This document shows positions 40,915 through 50,056 of a stretch of 64,000 bases of DNA, in pieces. Source of the stretch: Minisyncoccota bacterium. GTDB taxonomy: Bacteria > Patescibacteriota > Minisyncoccia > Phycocordibacterales > DATDWN01. Position 1 is the first letter of the stretch, and every line of letters starts with the position of its first letter. Both the position numbers and the translations under genes were made by a program. The stretch is from positions 11,971 through 75,970 of the forward strand of contig JBAYWK010000003.1 of the NCBI GenBank assembly GCA_041674105.1, written 5' to 3'. The notes under the pieces were generated by a model. The model was given only the letters and a program-made list of their open reading frames with translations, was not told where the DNA came from and did not search any database.

Positions 40915-42366
40915 ATGGCATCTCTTTCTGAAATAAGAATTGCAAGATTAAATAAATTGGAACTTTTGAAGTCAAAAGGTATAAATCCTTACCCTTCAAA
41001 AGTTCCAAGAGATTTTTCTTTGTCTAAAGTAAAAGAAGATTTTAAAGAATTTGAAATCTCCTCAAAAGATTTTTCAGTGGCTGGTAGAGTTATGACTCTT
41101 CGTGGTCAAGGTTCTATTTTATTTGCGGTAATTTTTGATGGTACAGAAAAACTACAGGTCATTTTGAAAAAAGATGAACTTCTAGAAGATGATTTTATTT
41201 TATTTACTGACACGGTTGATGTTGGTGATTTTATTTCTGTTACGGGGAAAGCCTTAACCTCTCAAAGAGGTGAAGAAAGTATTTTAGCAAAAAGTTGGCT
41301 GATGGCAGTCAAAACACTCCTTCCATTACCTGAAAAGTGGCATGGACTTCAAGATACAGAAGAAAGATATAGGAAAAGGTATTTAGATTTTCTAATGAGT
41401 GATGAGTCTAGAGATTTGATTGTTAAAAAAAGTAAGTTTTGGGATGTCACTCGAGAGTTTTTGAAATCAGAAGGATTTTTAGAAATAGAAACTCCTACTT
41501 TGGAGCTAACCACTGGCGGTGCCGAAGCTGAACCATTTAGAACACACCACAATGATTATGATTTGGATGTGTATTTACGAATATCTGTTGGTGAATTGTG
41601 GCAAAAAAGATTGATGGCGGGTAGTTTTCCAAAAACTTTTGAAATAGGTAGAGTCTATAGAAACGAAGGTGGAAGTCCTGAACATCTGCAAGAATTTACA
41701 AATATGGAGTTTTATTGGGGTTATGCTGACTACAAAGATGGTATGGAGTTGGTTAAAAAAATGTACAACAAGATTGCCAAAGATGTTTTTGGTACAACAA
41801 AATTTACAACCAGAGGACACACATTTGATCTGAGTGATGATTGGAAGGAAATCGGTTATGCAGATGAAATAGAAAGACAGATAGGTCTAGATATAACCTC
41901 TGCAGAAACATCCGAAATGGAAGATAAACTAAAAGAGCTTGATGTAAAATATGAAGGTAATAATAAAGAGCGTTTGATAGATTCTCTTTGGAAATATTGT
42001 CGTAAAAACATAACTGGTCCAGCTTTTCTGGTAAACCATCCTACTTTAGTTGGACCATTGGCCAAATTAAATCCTGATGGCAAGACAGTCCAAATGTTTC
42101 AACCGATAATTGCTGGCAGTGAGGTGGGCAGAGGTTATTCTGAGTTAAACGATCCAATAGATCAAAAAGATAGATTTGATATACAGCAAAGTCTGATAGA
42201 TTCTGGAGACAAAGAAGCCATGATGGCTGATTTTGAGTTTGTAGAAATGCTAGAGTACGGTATGCCTCCTACCTGTGGTTTTGGTTTTGGTGAAAGACTT
42301 TTTGCTTTTCTAGCTGACAAGCCTCTTCGTGAAGTTCAAACTTTTCCACTGATGCGTCCAAGGTAG
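40915..42366 (+). CDS. lysS: Lysine--tRNA ligase
   Basis: LPEKWHGL, RYRKRYLD, GGAEAEPF, YRNEG, YGMPP..G.G. Confidence 0.97.
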   Translation: MASLSEIRIARLNKLELLKSKGINPYPSKVPRDFSLSKVKEDFKEFEISSKDFSVAGRVMTLRGQGSILFAVIFDGTEKLQVILKKDELLEDDFILFTDTVDVGDFISVTGKALTSQRGEESILAKSWLMAVKTLLPLPEKWHGLQDTEERYRKRYLDFLMSDESRDLIVKKSKFWDVTREFLKSEGFLEIETPTLELTTGGAEAEPFRTHHNDYDLDVYLRISVGELWQKRLMAGSFPKTFEIGRVYRNEGGSPEHLQEFTNMEFYWGYADYKDGMELVKKMYNKIAKDVFGTTKFTTRGHTFDLSDDWKEIGYADEIERQIGLDITSAETSEMEDKLKELDVKYEGNNKERLIDSLWKYCRKNITGPAFLVNHPTLVGPLAKLNPDGKTVQMFQPIIAGSEVGRGYSELNDPIDQKDRFDIQQSLIDSGDKEAMMADFEFVEMLEYGMPPTCGFGFGERLFAFLADKPLREVQTFPLMRPR

Positions 42367-42431
42367 TATTTACAGTAGTATTTACATCTTTTTTAAAGAG
42401 GAGTAGGATTTATAAAGGAAAGGAGATTTTA

Positions 42432-42569
42432 GTGTCGGAAGATACTAAAACCATTCTTAAAATCAGGAGGAAGTCCTTTTGTCCTCCAAAAAATAGTTCC
42501 CTAGAGCGTCTATACAGAAGACGCCGATGGGCTCGAGAGGAACTCTCTCGAAAAACAAATCGTTTCTAA
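42432..42569 (+). CDS. Unannotated 45-aa Arg-rich small protein
   Basis: AAGGAG SD, GTG start, MSEDTKTILKIRRKSF...LYRRRRWAREELSRKTNRF, followed by a terminator. Confidence 0.5.
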   Translation: MSEDTKTILKIRRKSFCPPKNSSLERLYRRRRWAREELSRKTNRF

Positions 42570-42578
42570 ATCGTTTTT

Positions 42579-42621
42579 AAACCCTTGATTGTAACGGAAG
42601 ACAATCGAGGGTTTTCTTTTT
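42579..42621 (+). terminator. Intrinsic terminator
   Basis: aaacccttgattgt...acaatcgagggttttcttttt. Confidence 0.7.
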
Positions 42622-42668
42622 GAAAAAATCCTATTTTATATAGGGTTTTTTCTTATCCACAGGTTAGA

Positions 42669-42735
42669 GTGGTAAGGGGTGTTTTTCTGTGGGATGAAGT
42701 GGTATATAATGTAAGCTAAGTGGGATGAAGTGGGA
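42669..42735 (+). promoter_or_regulatory. MraZ-binding GTGG repeats in the dcw promoter
   Basis: Repeated GTGG(G) boxes at 10-nt spacing (gtgggatgaagtgg twice) flanking TATAAT upstream of mraZ. Confidence 0.8.
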
Positions 42736-42766
42736 AACCATAAAGTTTCTATAATTTTTATAAAAG

Positions 42767-43201
42767 ATGCTTATCGGTGAATATACACACAGCATAGATG
42801 ACAAGAACAGAGTTTCGTTACCAGCGAAGTTTCGTTCTGAAATGGGGAAAAAAATGGTCGTAACTCCAGGATTGGATGCTTGTTTATTCGTCTTCACTCA
42901 CAAGGAATGGCAAAAGATAGAAGAGAAATTAAACCAATCTTCTCTTTTGCAGGCTGACAACAGAAGTTTTAACCGTCGTATGTTTGCCGGTGCGGTTGAA
43001 GTAGAAGTTGATTCAGTCGGACGTATTCTCATCCCAGATTTCCTTAGAGACATGGCTAACTTGAAAAGTAAGATTGTTTTCATAGGAGTTTCAAGTCGTT
43101 TGGAAATTTGGAATGAGAAAACCTGGACAGAATACAAGAGAGTTGTAGAAAAACAAGCTGATACTTTGGCGGAGAAACTTGGTCAGGTTGGAGTTCTATA
43201 A
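42767..43201 (+). CDS. mraZ: Division/cell-wall cluster repressor MraZ
   Basis: GEYTHSIDDKNRVSLP, DSVGRILIP, RLEIW. Confidence 0.96.
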   Translation: MLIGEYTHSIDDKNRVSLPAKFRSEMGKKMVVTPGLDACLFVFTHKEWQKIEEKLNQSSLLQADNRSFNRRMFAGAVEVEVDSVGRILIPDFLRDMANLKSKIVFIGVSSRLEIWNEKTWTEYKRVVEKQADTLAEKLGQVGVL

Positions 43202-43210
43202 CTTATCTTT

Positions 43211-44101
43211 ATGCAGCACAAGACAGTACTTTTACATGAATCAATAGATGGTTTAAATCTATCGAAAGGTAATATTTTTGTAGATGGCACACTTGGAAAT
43301 GGTGGTCATACAGAGGAAGTTTGCAAGCGTTTTGGCAAAGAAGTTTCTATATTCGCTATAGACGAGGACGCAGAAGCAATAGAAAGAGCTAAAAAAAGAC
43401 TTTCTTCTTATGAAAACATTACTTATTTGAAAGGTAATTTTAGGAATATCTCGGAGTTAATAAAATCTGCTGGCGTGGATAAAGTAAACTCCATCCTGTT
43501 AGACATTGGGCTGTCTTCAAATCAGCTTGAAGAGTCTGGCAGAGGCTTTTCTTTTCAAAAAGATGAGCCACTTATAATGTCTTTCAAAAAAGATTTAACT
43601 GAAGAAGATTTAACAGCAAAAGAAGTTGTAAATACTTGGGATTTACAAAATCTGACTGATATCATTTCTGGCTATGGTGAGGAGAGATTCGCTTGGCGAA
43701 TTGCTAAAGCCATAGTCAGGTCTAGACAGATAAAAAGTATAGAAACTACAAATGAGTTGGCCGATATAATCATCTCAGCAACACCATTTTTTTATCACCG
43801 CCGTAAAATCCATCCGGCTACAAAAACTTTTCAAGCTTTGAGGATAGTGGTAAACGATGAGATTGAAAGCCTAAAAGAAGGTATTATAAAAAGTTTTGAT
43901 TTATTAGAAAAAGAAGGAAGACTCGGAATAATTTCTTTTCATAGTTTAGAGGATAGGGTGGTCAAAAATTATTTCAGAGATTTTGAAAAAGATGAAAAAG
44001 GAGAGAGGTTGACTAAAAAACCAATAATCCCAGAAGAAGCAGAAATAGAAGAAAACCCTCGTTCTAGAAGTGCAAAATTAAGAATCATTAAAAAATTATA
44101 A
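43211..44101 (+). CDS. rsmH: 16S rRNA m4C1402 methyltransferase
   Basis: DGTLGNGGH, DIGLSS, HPATKTFQALRI, SFHSLEDR, NPRSRSAKLR. Confidence 0.97.
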   Translation: MQHKTVLLHESIDGLNLSKGNIFVDGTLGNGGHTEEVCKRFGKEVSIFAIDEDAEAIERAKKRLSSYENITYLKGNFRNISELIKSAGVDKVNSILLDIGLSSNQLEESGRGFSFQKDEPLIMSFKKDLTEEDLTAKEVVNTWDLQNLTDIISGYGEERFAWRIAKAIVRSRQIKSIETTNELADIIISATPFFYHRRKIHPATKTFQALRIVVNDEIESLKEGIIKSFDLLEKEGRLGIISFHSLEDRVVKNYFRDFEKDEKGERLTKKPIIPEEAEIEENPRSRSAKLRIIKKL

Positions 44102-44120
44102 GTTTAACAAAATAATAAAT

Positions 44121-44438
44121 ATGAAAACATACGTATCACAAATAGATAAGGAAAAAATAATATTCTGGGTTTTGTCTTCTGTTTTTGTATTGTGTATTGG
44201 TTTTTATATGTTCTGTATACATGCTACAATTCAGAATGTAGTCCTGCGAGAAAACTTAGAAGATAAAGCCACTGCTTTGTCTTTGGATATAGGAAATAAA
44301 GAATTTCAATATATCACGATGAAAAATAGAGTGAATCTGGCTATGGCATATTCTTTGGGGTTTTCACCTGTTTCAAATAAAACTTTTATATCTAAAAAAT
44401 CTGTAGGCTACGTATCTTATCGTTCAAATGAAATTTAG
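44121..44438 (+). CDS. FtsL-like cell division protein
   Basis: Transmembrane segment plus coiled coil ending AYSLGF; lies between rsmH and the PBP gene. Confidence 0.65.
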   Translation: MKTYVSQIDKEKIIFWVLSSVFVLCIGFYMFCIHATIQNVVLRENLEDKATALSLDIGNKEFQYITMKNRVNLAMAYSLGFSPVSNKTFISKKSVGYVSYRSNEI

Positions 44439-46128
44439 TCACATTGGTAGAATCAGAGCAGTATCAATAATAATAATTATTTTTGCCTTTTTCATAATAG
44501 GTAAATTATATGTTGTTCAGATAGTAGAAGGAGATACTTATTCTGAAAAAGCAGACAGACAATATTCTTCATCTGGAGGGAGTTTATTTACTCGTGCCAG
44601 TATTTTTTTTCAGAGTAAAGACGGAGAGCTTGTTTCTGCTGCAACATTGAAATCTGGATATATCATAGCTGTAAATCCACAAATAATAAAAAACCCAGAG
44701 GAGGCTTATAATAAGCTAAATGAAATTTTTCCTATAAACAAGGAGGATTTTTTAGCTAAAGCTACAAAAGTGGATGATCCTTATGAGGAGATAGCCAAAC
44801 GTGTAGATGAGGAAGTTGGTCTAAAAGTAGCCGATTTAAAAATATCAGGATTAAATATATATAAAGACAGGTGGAGGTTTTACCCAGGAGGAAATATAGC
44901 AGCTCATACTTTAGGATTTATGGGTTATTCCGGCAACGATTTTGCCGGTAGATATGGTTTAGAGAGATTTTATGAAAATAATTTAGAGAGAAAACCGACT
45001 TCTTATATAAATTTTTTCGCTCAAGTTTTTGCAAATATTTCAGATGACAAAATAAACTCAAATAGTGGGGACATTGTTACTTCTATAGAGCCAACTTTAC
45101 AACTTTATTTGCAAGAAGAGTTGGCTAGTACGACAGAAAAGTGGAATTCAGAATATACTGGAGGTATAATAATGAATCCAAAGACAGGTGAAATATATGC
45201 CATGTCTATAGATCCTTCATTTGACCCAAACGATCCTCAGTCACAGAAAAGTTCTGTCATCTTTTCAAATAAATTAGTAGAAGACGTGTACGAGATGGGA
45301 TCTATTATAAAACCTCTAACTGTCGCTATGGGTATCGATATGGGACTCATTTTACCCTCAAGTACTTATTACGATTCTGGATCAGTCATGGTGTCTGGTA
45401 AAAAGATATCCAACTTTGACGGCAAAGAAAGAGGAGTGGTGACAATACAAGAGGCTCTTTCAGAGTCTTTGAATGTGGGAATGGTTCATATAGCCAAGCT
45501 TGTTGGTAATGATAAACAAAGAGAGTATTTTTACAACTTTGGCTTAAACCAAAAAACCAACATAGATTTACCAAACGAATCCGCAAATCTTGTTAAAAAT
45601 CTTGAATCACCTAGAGATATAGAACATGCTACAGCTTCTTTTGGGCAAGGTATCGCTATGACACCCATATCTACCATTAGAGCTTTGGCCACCATTGCTA
45701 ATGGCGGGGTTTTGGTAGAACCTCATCTTGTAAAGACTATAAATTACAAAACAGGTCTTTCTAAAAATTATGTTGCACCACCTGTAACCAGGGTTATAAA
45801 ACCAGAAACAGCTGAAGAAGTAACTCGAATGATGGTTTATAGTGTAGATAATGTTTTACTCGGCGGTAAGGCCAAAATAGAGAATTACAGCGTAGCTGTA
45901 AAGACTGGTACAGCACAGATTGCAAAACCAGGAGGAGGGGGTTATAGTGAGACAGATGTCCTACATTCATTTGTTGGCTTTGTTCCAGCTTATGATCCAC
46001 AGTTTTTTATTTTCCTTTATACAGTAAAGCCAAAAGGTATTAGATTTAGTTCCGAGACGTTGACTTTACCATTTTTCGATATTGTAAAGTTTGTAATAAA
46101 TTATTATGAGCTTACTCCGGACAGGTAG
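44428..46128 (+). CDS. ftsI: Class B penicillin-binding protein (FtsI-type)
   Basis: RFYP, GLE, EMGSIIK, SLN, KTGTAQ; position in the dcw cluster. Confidence 0.88.
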   Translation: MKFSHIGRIRAVSIIIIIFAFFIIGKLYVVQIVEGDTYSEKADRQYSSSGGSLFTRASIFFQSKDGELVSAATLKSGYIIAVNPQIIKNPEEAYNKLNEIFPINKEDFLAKATKVDDPYEEIAKRVDEEVGLKVADLKISGLNIYKDRWRFYPGGNIAAHTLGFMGYSGNDFAGRYGLERFYENNLERKPTSYINFFAQVFANISDDKINSNSGDIVTSIEPTLQLYLQEELASTTEKWNSEYTGGIIMNPKTGEIYAMSIDPSFDPNDPQSQKSSVIFSNKLVEDVYEMGSIIKPLTVAMGIDMGLILPSSTYYDSGSVMVSGKKISNFDGKERGVVTIQEALSESLNVGMVHIAKLVGNDKQREYFYNFGLNQKTNIDLPNESANLVKNLESPRDIEHATASFGQGIAMTPISTIRALATIANGGVLVEPHLVKTINYKTGLSKNYVAPPVTRVIKPETAEEVTRMMVYSVDNVLLGGKAKIENYSVAVKTGTAQIAKPGGGGYSETDVLHSFVGFVPAYDPQFFIFLYTVKPKGIRFSSETLTLPFFDIVKFVINYYELTPDR

Positions 46129-46160
46129 GCATTTGAGAAATTAGCATTTAAATTTTTTCA

Positions 46161-47450
46161 ATGAAGAAATATATTAAAAGATTATTCCGATACGAGGCTT
46201 CTTTAGTGCTTAAAAAATATAAACCAAAAATAATCGTCATTATTGGTAGTGTTGGGAAGACTAGTACAAAGGAGATGGTTTACAGTGCCTTGTCTCAAAA
46301 ATATTTTATTAGAAAGAATGAAAAAAGTTTTACAGCCAGTCTTGGTATACCTTTGGTTATTATAGGTGGTGTATTTGGTAGAGGTTCTTTATTTGATTGG
46401 TTAAAAAATTTATTTAGAGGTTTTATCTTAATTATTAAGAAAGTTAAATATCCAGAGTATTTAATACTTGAAGTAGATAACGATAAGCCGGGTGATTTAA
46501 AAACTGTAAGTGAGATGCTTTCTCCTGATCTGGTGGTTATGACAAGCATAGGTGATATGCCAACTCATGTAGAGGTTTTTGGCTCTAAAGAAAAGGTTTT
46601 GAAAGAGTATGATGATTATTTAAAATCTCTAAAACCAGAATGTAAGATTATTTACAATAAAGACGGTGAAGTTGTACGCTCCCTAATAGAAAATAAAGAT
46701 TTTGAAAAAATATCTATTACTATAGATGGTGAAGGTAATATAAACGCAGATAATAGAAAATTTTTGTATGGTAAAAATGACGGAATGAATATCTTGACCG
46801 GAGTGTCTTATGACATCGGCAGAGGAGATGAAAAACAAAATATAATTATTTTTGATTCTATTGGTATACATAGTAAGTATGCGACACTGCTTGCTTGTGG
46901 GGTCGGGATTTTTTTAGGTATACCTTTTCTAAAGAGTGTTTCTTTGCTCTCAAAATATAAAGTCTTACCCGGAAGGATGAAAATTATTTCTGGAATAAAA
47001 AATACTACTATAATAGATGATTCTTACAATTCTTCTCCTGTGGCTATGAACGAAAGTCTAAATACATTTAGTAGACTAGATATTTCAGGTAAAAAGATTG
47101 TGGTTATTGGAGATATGTTGGAGTTAGGAAAATATTCTGGAGAAGAGCACAAAAAACTTGCTCATAAAATAAAAGACATAGCGGATGTTGTCATTTTTGT
47201 TGGCATAAGGACTAGACTGACAGGTGAAGAGCTTCTAAATCTGGAATATCCAAAAGAAAATATTTTCTATTTTGACGATTCAGAAAATGCTGGTAAATTT
47301 TTACAAAATTATATTCAAAAAGGGGATTGTATTCTAGTAAAAGGTTCTCAGGCTATGAGAATGGAAAAAACTGTAGAAGAAATAATGCGTCATCCCGAAG
47401 ACAAAAAAACCCTGTTAGTTCGCCAAGAGCAAGAGTGGCGGAGGAGATAA
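46161..47450 (+). CDS. murF: UDP-MurNAc-tripeptide:D-Ala-D-Ala ligase
   Basis: GSVGKTSTKE, DDSYNSSP, GDMLELG, VKGS. Confidence 0.9.
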   Translation: MKKYIKRLFRYEASLVLKKYKPKIIVIIGSVGKTSTKEMVYSALSQKYFIRKNEKSFTASLGIPLVIIGGVFGRGSLFDWLKNLFRGFILIIKKVKYPEYLILEVDNDKPGDLKTVSEMLSPDLVVMTSIGDMPTHVEVFGSKEKVLKEYDDYLKSLKPECKIIYNKDGEVVRSLIENKDFEKISITIDGEGNINADNRKFLYGKNDGMNILTGVSYDIGRGDEKQNIIIFDSIGIHSKYATLLACGVGIFLGIPFLKSVSLLSKYKVLPGRMKIISGIKNTTIIDDSYNSSPVAMNESLNTFSRLDISGKKIVVIGDMLELGKYSGEEHKKLAHKIKDIADVVIFVGIRTRLTGEELLNLEYPKENIFYFDDSENAGKFLQNYIQKGDCILVKGSQAMRMEKTVEEIMRHPEDKKTLLVRQEQEWRRR

Positions 47451-47454
47451 AGAA

Positions 47455-47504
47455 AAACCGCCCGAGTTCTCTGCACAACTTGGTGCGGAGATCTCAGACG
47501 GTTT
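47455..47504. terminator. Hairpin between convergent murF and an accessory gene
   Basis: aaaccg..gag..ctctgcac / gtgcggag..ctc..cggttt. Confidence 0.6.
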
Positions 47505-47508
47505 AGAG

Positions 47509-48357
47509 CTAATTGCGATCGGCGTTGACAGTCAGGTTTCCCTGCTCGTCCTCATCTACCCGAAGGTTTTTGTATCCCTCCATTTTGGCGAAGACGTTAC
47601 CGTCTTTGCCAATGGTTAGTCGGAACCTTCTGGTCCGAGTTGGCGGCTGTTTCTCCGGCTCCTCGTTTTGAGGAGGAGTTACTGGAGGAGTCTGTGGTTG
47701 TACAGGTGCAACCAGTGGCATCAGTTGGACTGGAGTTGGTCGCGGTGTTAGCGGTGCCGGAGTCGGAGCAGGAGTTGGTGGAGTCGGCCTAAGAGGACGT
47801 CTACCTTCTCTCCGGTTCTGGATTACTCGGTAGACTGCGTATCCAAGCAAGGCCAGAAGAGCCATAAACAGAAGTAAGGGGATCAGAGATCCCAAAATTT
47901 CTGCAAGTCCTCCCCAGGAACGTCCCATGGCATTTTTGAAACGCCCCCATGCAGATAGTGGAGCGTGTTCATTACCAGATATATTGGAATACGTTACCGT
48001 GCTGGCGACTTCTTCCACAGGCTTTGGGACCTCCACCAACCTGTTTCCGCAGTCCGCTTTGTAGCGGATTGTGCCAGTGGTGTCCACGAGGACTATTGTG
48101 TTTGCTGGAAGTGTCTCCAGGACAAACCGTCCTTTGTTGTCGCGAAGCCCGCGGAAGTGGTTTTGAACCACAATTGCCTTCCGTAGGAAATGAGGCGCGA
48201 GCCGCATTTCGGCCTGCTGTCGTGTCGACAGCGGACCGGAAACGACGGGGAACTTGTCCATTTCAGCATCCGCTGGAATGGTGAACTCTCCACGTTGTGC
48301 GAATACTGGCAAAGCCAGCATCGCAAAAAAGATTGCAAAAAACCAAACTTTCTTCAT
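47509..48357 (-). CDS. Exported, membrane-anchored protein with Pro-rich cytoplasmic tail
   Basis: Signal peptide (..LPVFA), transmembrane segment, PTPPTPAPTPAP stretch; GC-richer; own TTGCTT..TGTTATAAT promoter. Confidence 0.75.
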   Translation of the reverse strand: MKKVWFFAIFFAMLALPVFAQRGEFTIPADAEMDKFPVVSGPLSTRQQAEMRLAPHFLRKAIVVQNHFRGLRDNKGRFVLETLPANTIVLVDTTGTIRYKADCGNRLVEVPKPVEEVASTVTYSNISGNEHAPLSAWGRFKNAMGRSWGGLAEILGSLIPLLLFMALLALLGYAVYRVIQNRREGRRPLRPTPPTPAPTPAPLTPRPTPVQLMPLVAPVQPQTPPVTPPQNEEPEKQPPTRTRRFRLTIGKDGNVFAKMEGYKNLRVDEDEQGNLTVNADRN

Positions 48358-48493
48358 TCTATCTCACTTTCTGTCAAACTAACTATCTAAACGCTATTAT
48401 AACATATTCCTCTAAAAAAGCAAGTATTTTGTAGGATTACTATGCACTAAATCCTTGTATAAAACACAAAAAAATGGTTAATATATGTGTATT

Positions 48494-48565
48494 GGCCTTA
48501 TCGTCTAACGGTTAGGACGAAGCCTTCTCAAGGCTTAAATCGGGGTTCGATTCCCCGTAAGGTCA
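48494..48565 (+). tRNA. tRNA-Glu(CTC), CCA not encoded
   Basis: GGCCTTA/TAAGGTC acceptor stem, AAGCC-TTCTCAA-GGCTT anticodon arm, GGTTCGATTCC T arm. Confidence 0.95.
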
Positions 48566-48670
48566 CAAGTAGACCCATCTTCTGATAGCTTTTGAATAAA
48601 TTCATGCAGTTGCTTGTTTTATTGTATTTTTTAAAGAAATATGACATATTTTGTGAGGAAGGAGGTTCTC

Positions 48671-49090
48671 ATGGGCGAACAATTTTGGAATTTTAATTGC
48701 AGGTATTGTGGTCGGCACTTGAAACTGACTGTACAAGAAAATAACCTTGGAAACAAAGTCGAAGTTCTTTGCCAGGGTTGTGGTCAACAGACATCTACAA
48801 TCATAGGCACAATAGAAAAGAGGGAAAATGTGGATCTACCTCTAGAAGTAAAACAAAAAATAGAAAAATTAACTAAAGAGATTCAAGAAAATTCAGATAT
48901 TCTTAATCTTGTTGAATCAATCTGGCAAGACGGATTTAGTTTAATGCTTGCCGTTGGGGTGTATGAAAATAGATTCAATAATGAAACTATTTTTATTCCG
49001 AAAGTTGATAGTGATGGAAAAATCACTGATGGAACTTTCACTGAAACAGATGAAGAAGCTTTTCGCAAAGCGTTCAGGATCAAACTCTGA
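48671..49090 (+). CDS. Hypothetical protein with N-terminal zinc ribbon
   Basis: CRYC...CQGC; AAGGAGG SD before ATG 48671. Confidence 0.7.
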   Translation: MGEQFWNFNCRYCGRHLKLTVQENNLGNKVEVLCQGCGQQTSTIIGTIEKRENVDLPLEVKQKIEKLTKEIQENSDILNLVESIWQDGFSLMLAVGVYENRFNNETIFIPKVDSDGKITDGTFTETDEEAFRKAFRIKL

Positions 49091-49191
49091 TACGCTGCTC
49101 TCAAAGCCGACAATTAGAGCAATCCATTCCGGATTGCTCTTTCTTTTTAATGCAAAAAGTGTAATATTGGGGACGGAAAGGGTACATAGAT

Positions 49192-49446
49192 ATGATCTGG
49201 CAAGATGTTGTAATGATGATCGGGCAATTTGTGTTTTTCGTTGCCATGATACCGACAGTCAAAGCTGTCGAAAAACCGGCGTTCTCAACTTCTCTGGTGA
49301 CCTCAGCGGTCATCACTCTTTATATTCCAACTCTCTGGACACTTCACCTCTATGTGTCAGTTGTTTCTACCATCCTACTCGCTTTCGCTTGGTGGACGGT
49401 GACCTACCAGAGTTGGAAGAGAAGTCAGCTGGCCGCCAACTCCTAA
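49192..49446 (+). CDS. Small three-helix membrane protein (SemiSWEET/PQ-loop-like topology)
   Basis: Three hydrophobic segments, AMIPTV; GAAAGGG SD; terminator at about 49479-49512. Confidence 0.6.
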   Translation: MIWQDVVMMIGQFVFFVAMIPTVKAVEKPAFSTSLVTSAVITLYIPTLWTLHLYVSVVSTILLAFAWWTVTYQSWKRSQLAANS

Positions 49447-49550
49447 TAAAGATTCGCCAAAAACGGCAAAACTAAATACTCGTCACTACCTTCAGCGACG
49501 AGTTTTCTTTTTAAAACATCGAGGATTTTGACAGTGGGGAAATTAGGGGT

Positions 49551-49596
49551 ACTTGACTTTTGTATACAAAGTGTGCTATAATTAAGGGTAGGAGGT
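49551..49596 (+). promoter_or_regulatory. Shared promoter-SD module, copy 1
   Basis: TTGACT-N18-TATAAT with TTTGTATACAAA palindrome in the spacer, then AGGAGG; 42/46 identical to 50859-50904. Confidence 0.85.
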
Positions 49597-49600
49597 GTTC

Positions 49601-49897
49601 ATGGGACAAGCAGAAGTTGATTTAAATGGTGGAGTCACCATTGTTAAAATCGGAGGGAAGCCATTCGAAACTGTCATCGATAAGCAAGGAATTCAGAGGT
49701 TTAAGACCGACAGACTGATAAACTCTTTGTATGAAATCGGTAGTATTGACCTCAATCAACTTGCGGTTCAATACCAGCGCGGGGCATTCACTCAGGAGGA
49801 ATATCTAAGGTTTTATACCGGTATCGGGTGTTCCGTGACCGGCTTATATGACCTTCCTTTTTTTCTCGATTTGGAGATCGAGAATCCGCTATGGTAA
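49601..49897 (+). CDS. Hypothetical (phage-like) protein
   Basis: Promoter, SD and terminator all present; IDLNQL..YLRFYTGIGCS. Confidence 0.7.
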   Translation: MGQAEVDLNGGVTIVKIGGKPFETVIDKQGIQRFKTDRLINSLYEIGSIDLNQLAVQYQRGAFTQEEYLRFYTGIGCSVTGLYDLPFFLDLEIENPLW

Positions 49898-49905
49898 CCA
49901 ACCGT

Positions 49906-49941
49906 AAAACCGCTCGCGCCAAGAGGTGTCGAGCGGTTTTT
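49906..49941 (+). terminator. Shared terminator, copy 1
   Basis: aaaaccgctcgcgccaagaggtgtcgagcggttttt; near-identical to 50806-50841. Confidence 0.85.
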
Positions 49942-49942
49942 T

Positions 49943-49981
49943 ACAAACCTAAATTTTTTTATCTTCCCTCAAATTTCACCA
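49943..49981 (+). repeat. Shared post-terminator spacer, copy 1
   Basis: acaaacctaaattttttttatcttccctcaaatttcacca; similar to 51371-51408. Confidence 0.8.
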
Positions 49982-50056
49982 AAAAACCCTTTACTTATTG
50001 ACTTTTATATTGTTTAAATATAGGATGTTTTACGGAGTTTTTGAAAGGAGAGCGCG

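Noticed and set aside
42669-42735. GTGGGATGAAGTGG direct repeats as a novel repeat
   Set aside because: Explained by MraZ operator boxes upstream of mraZ
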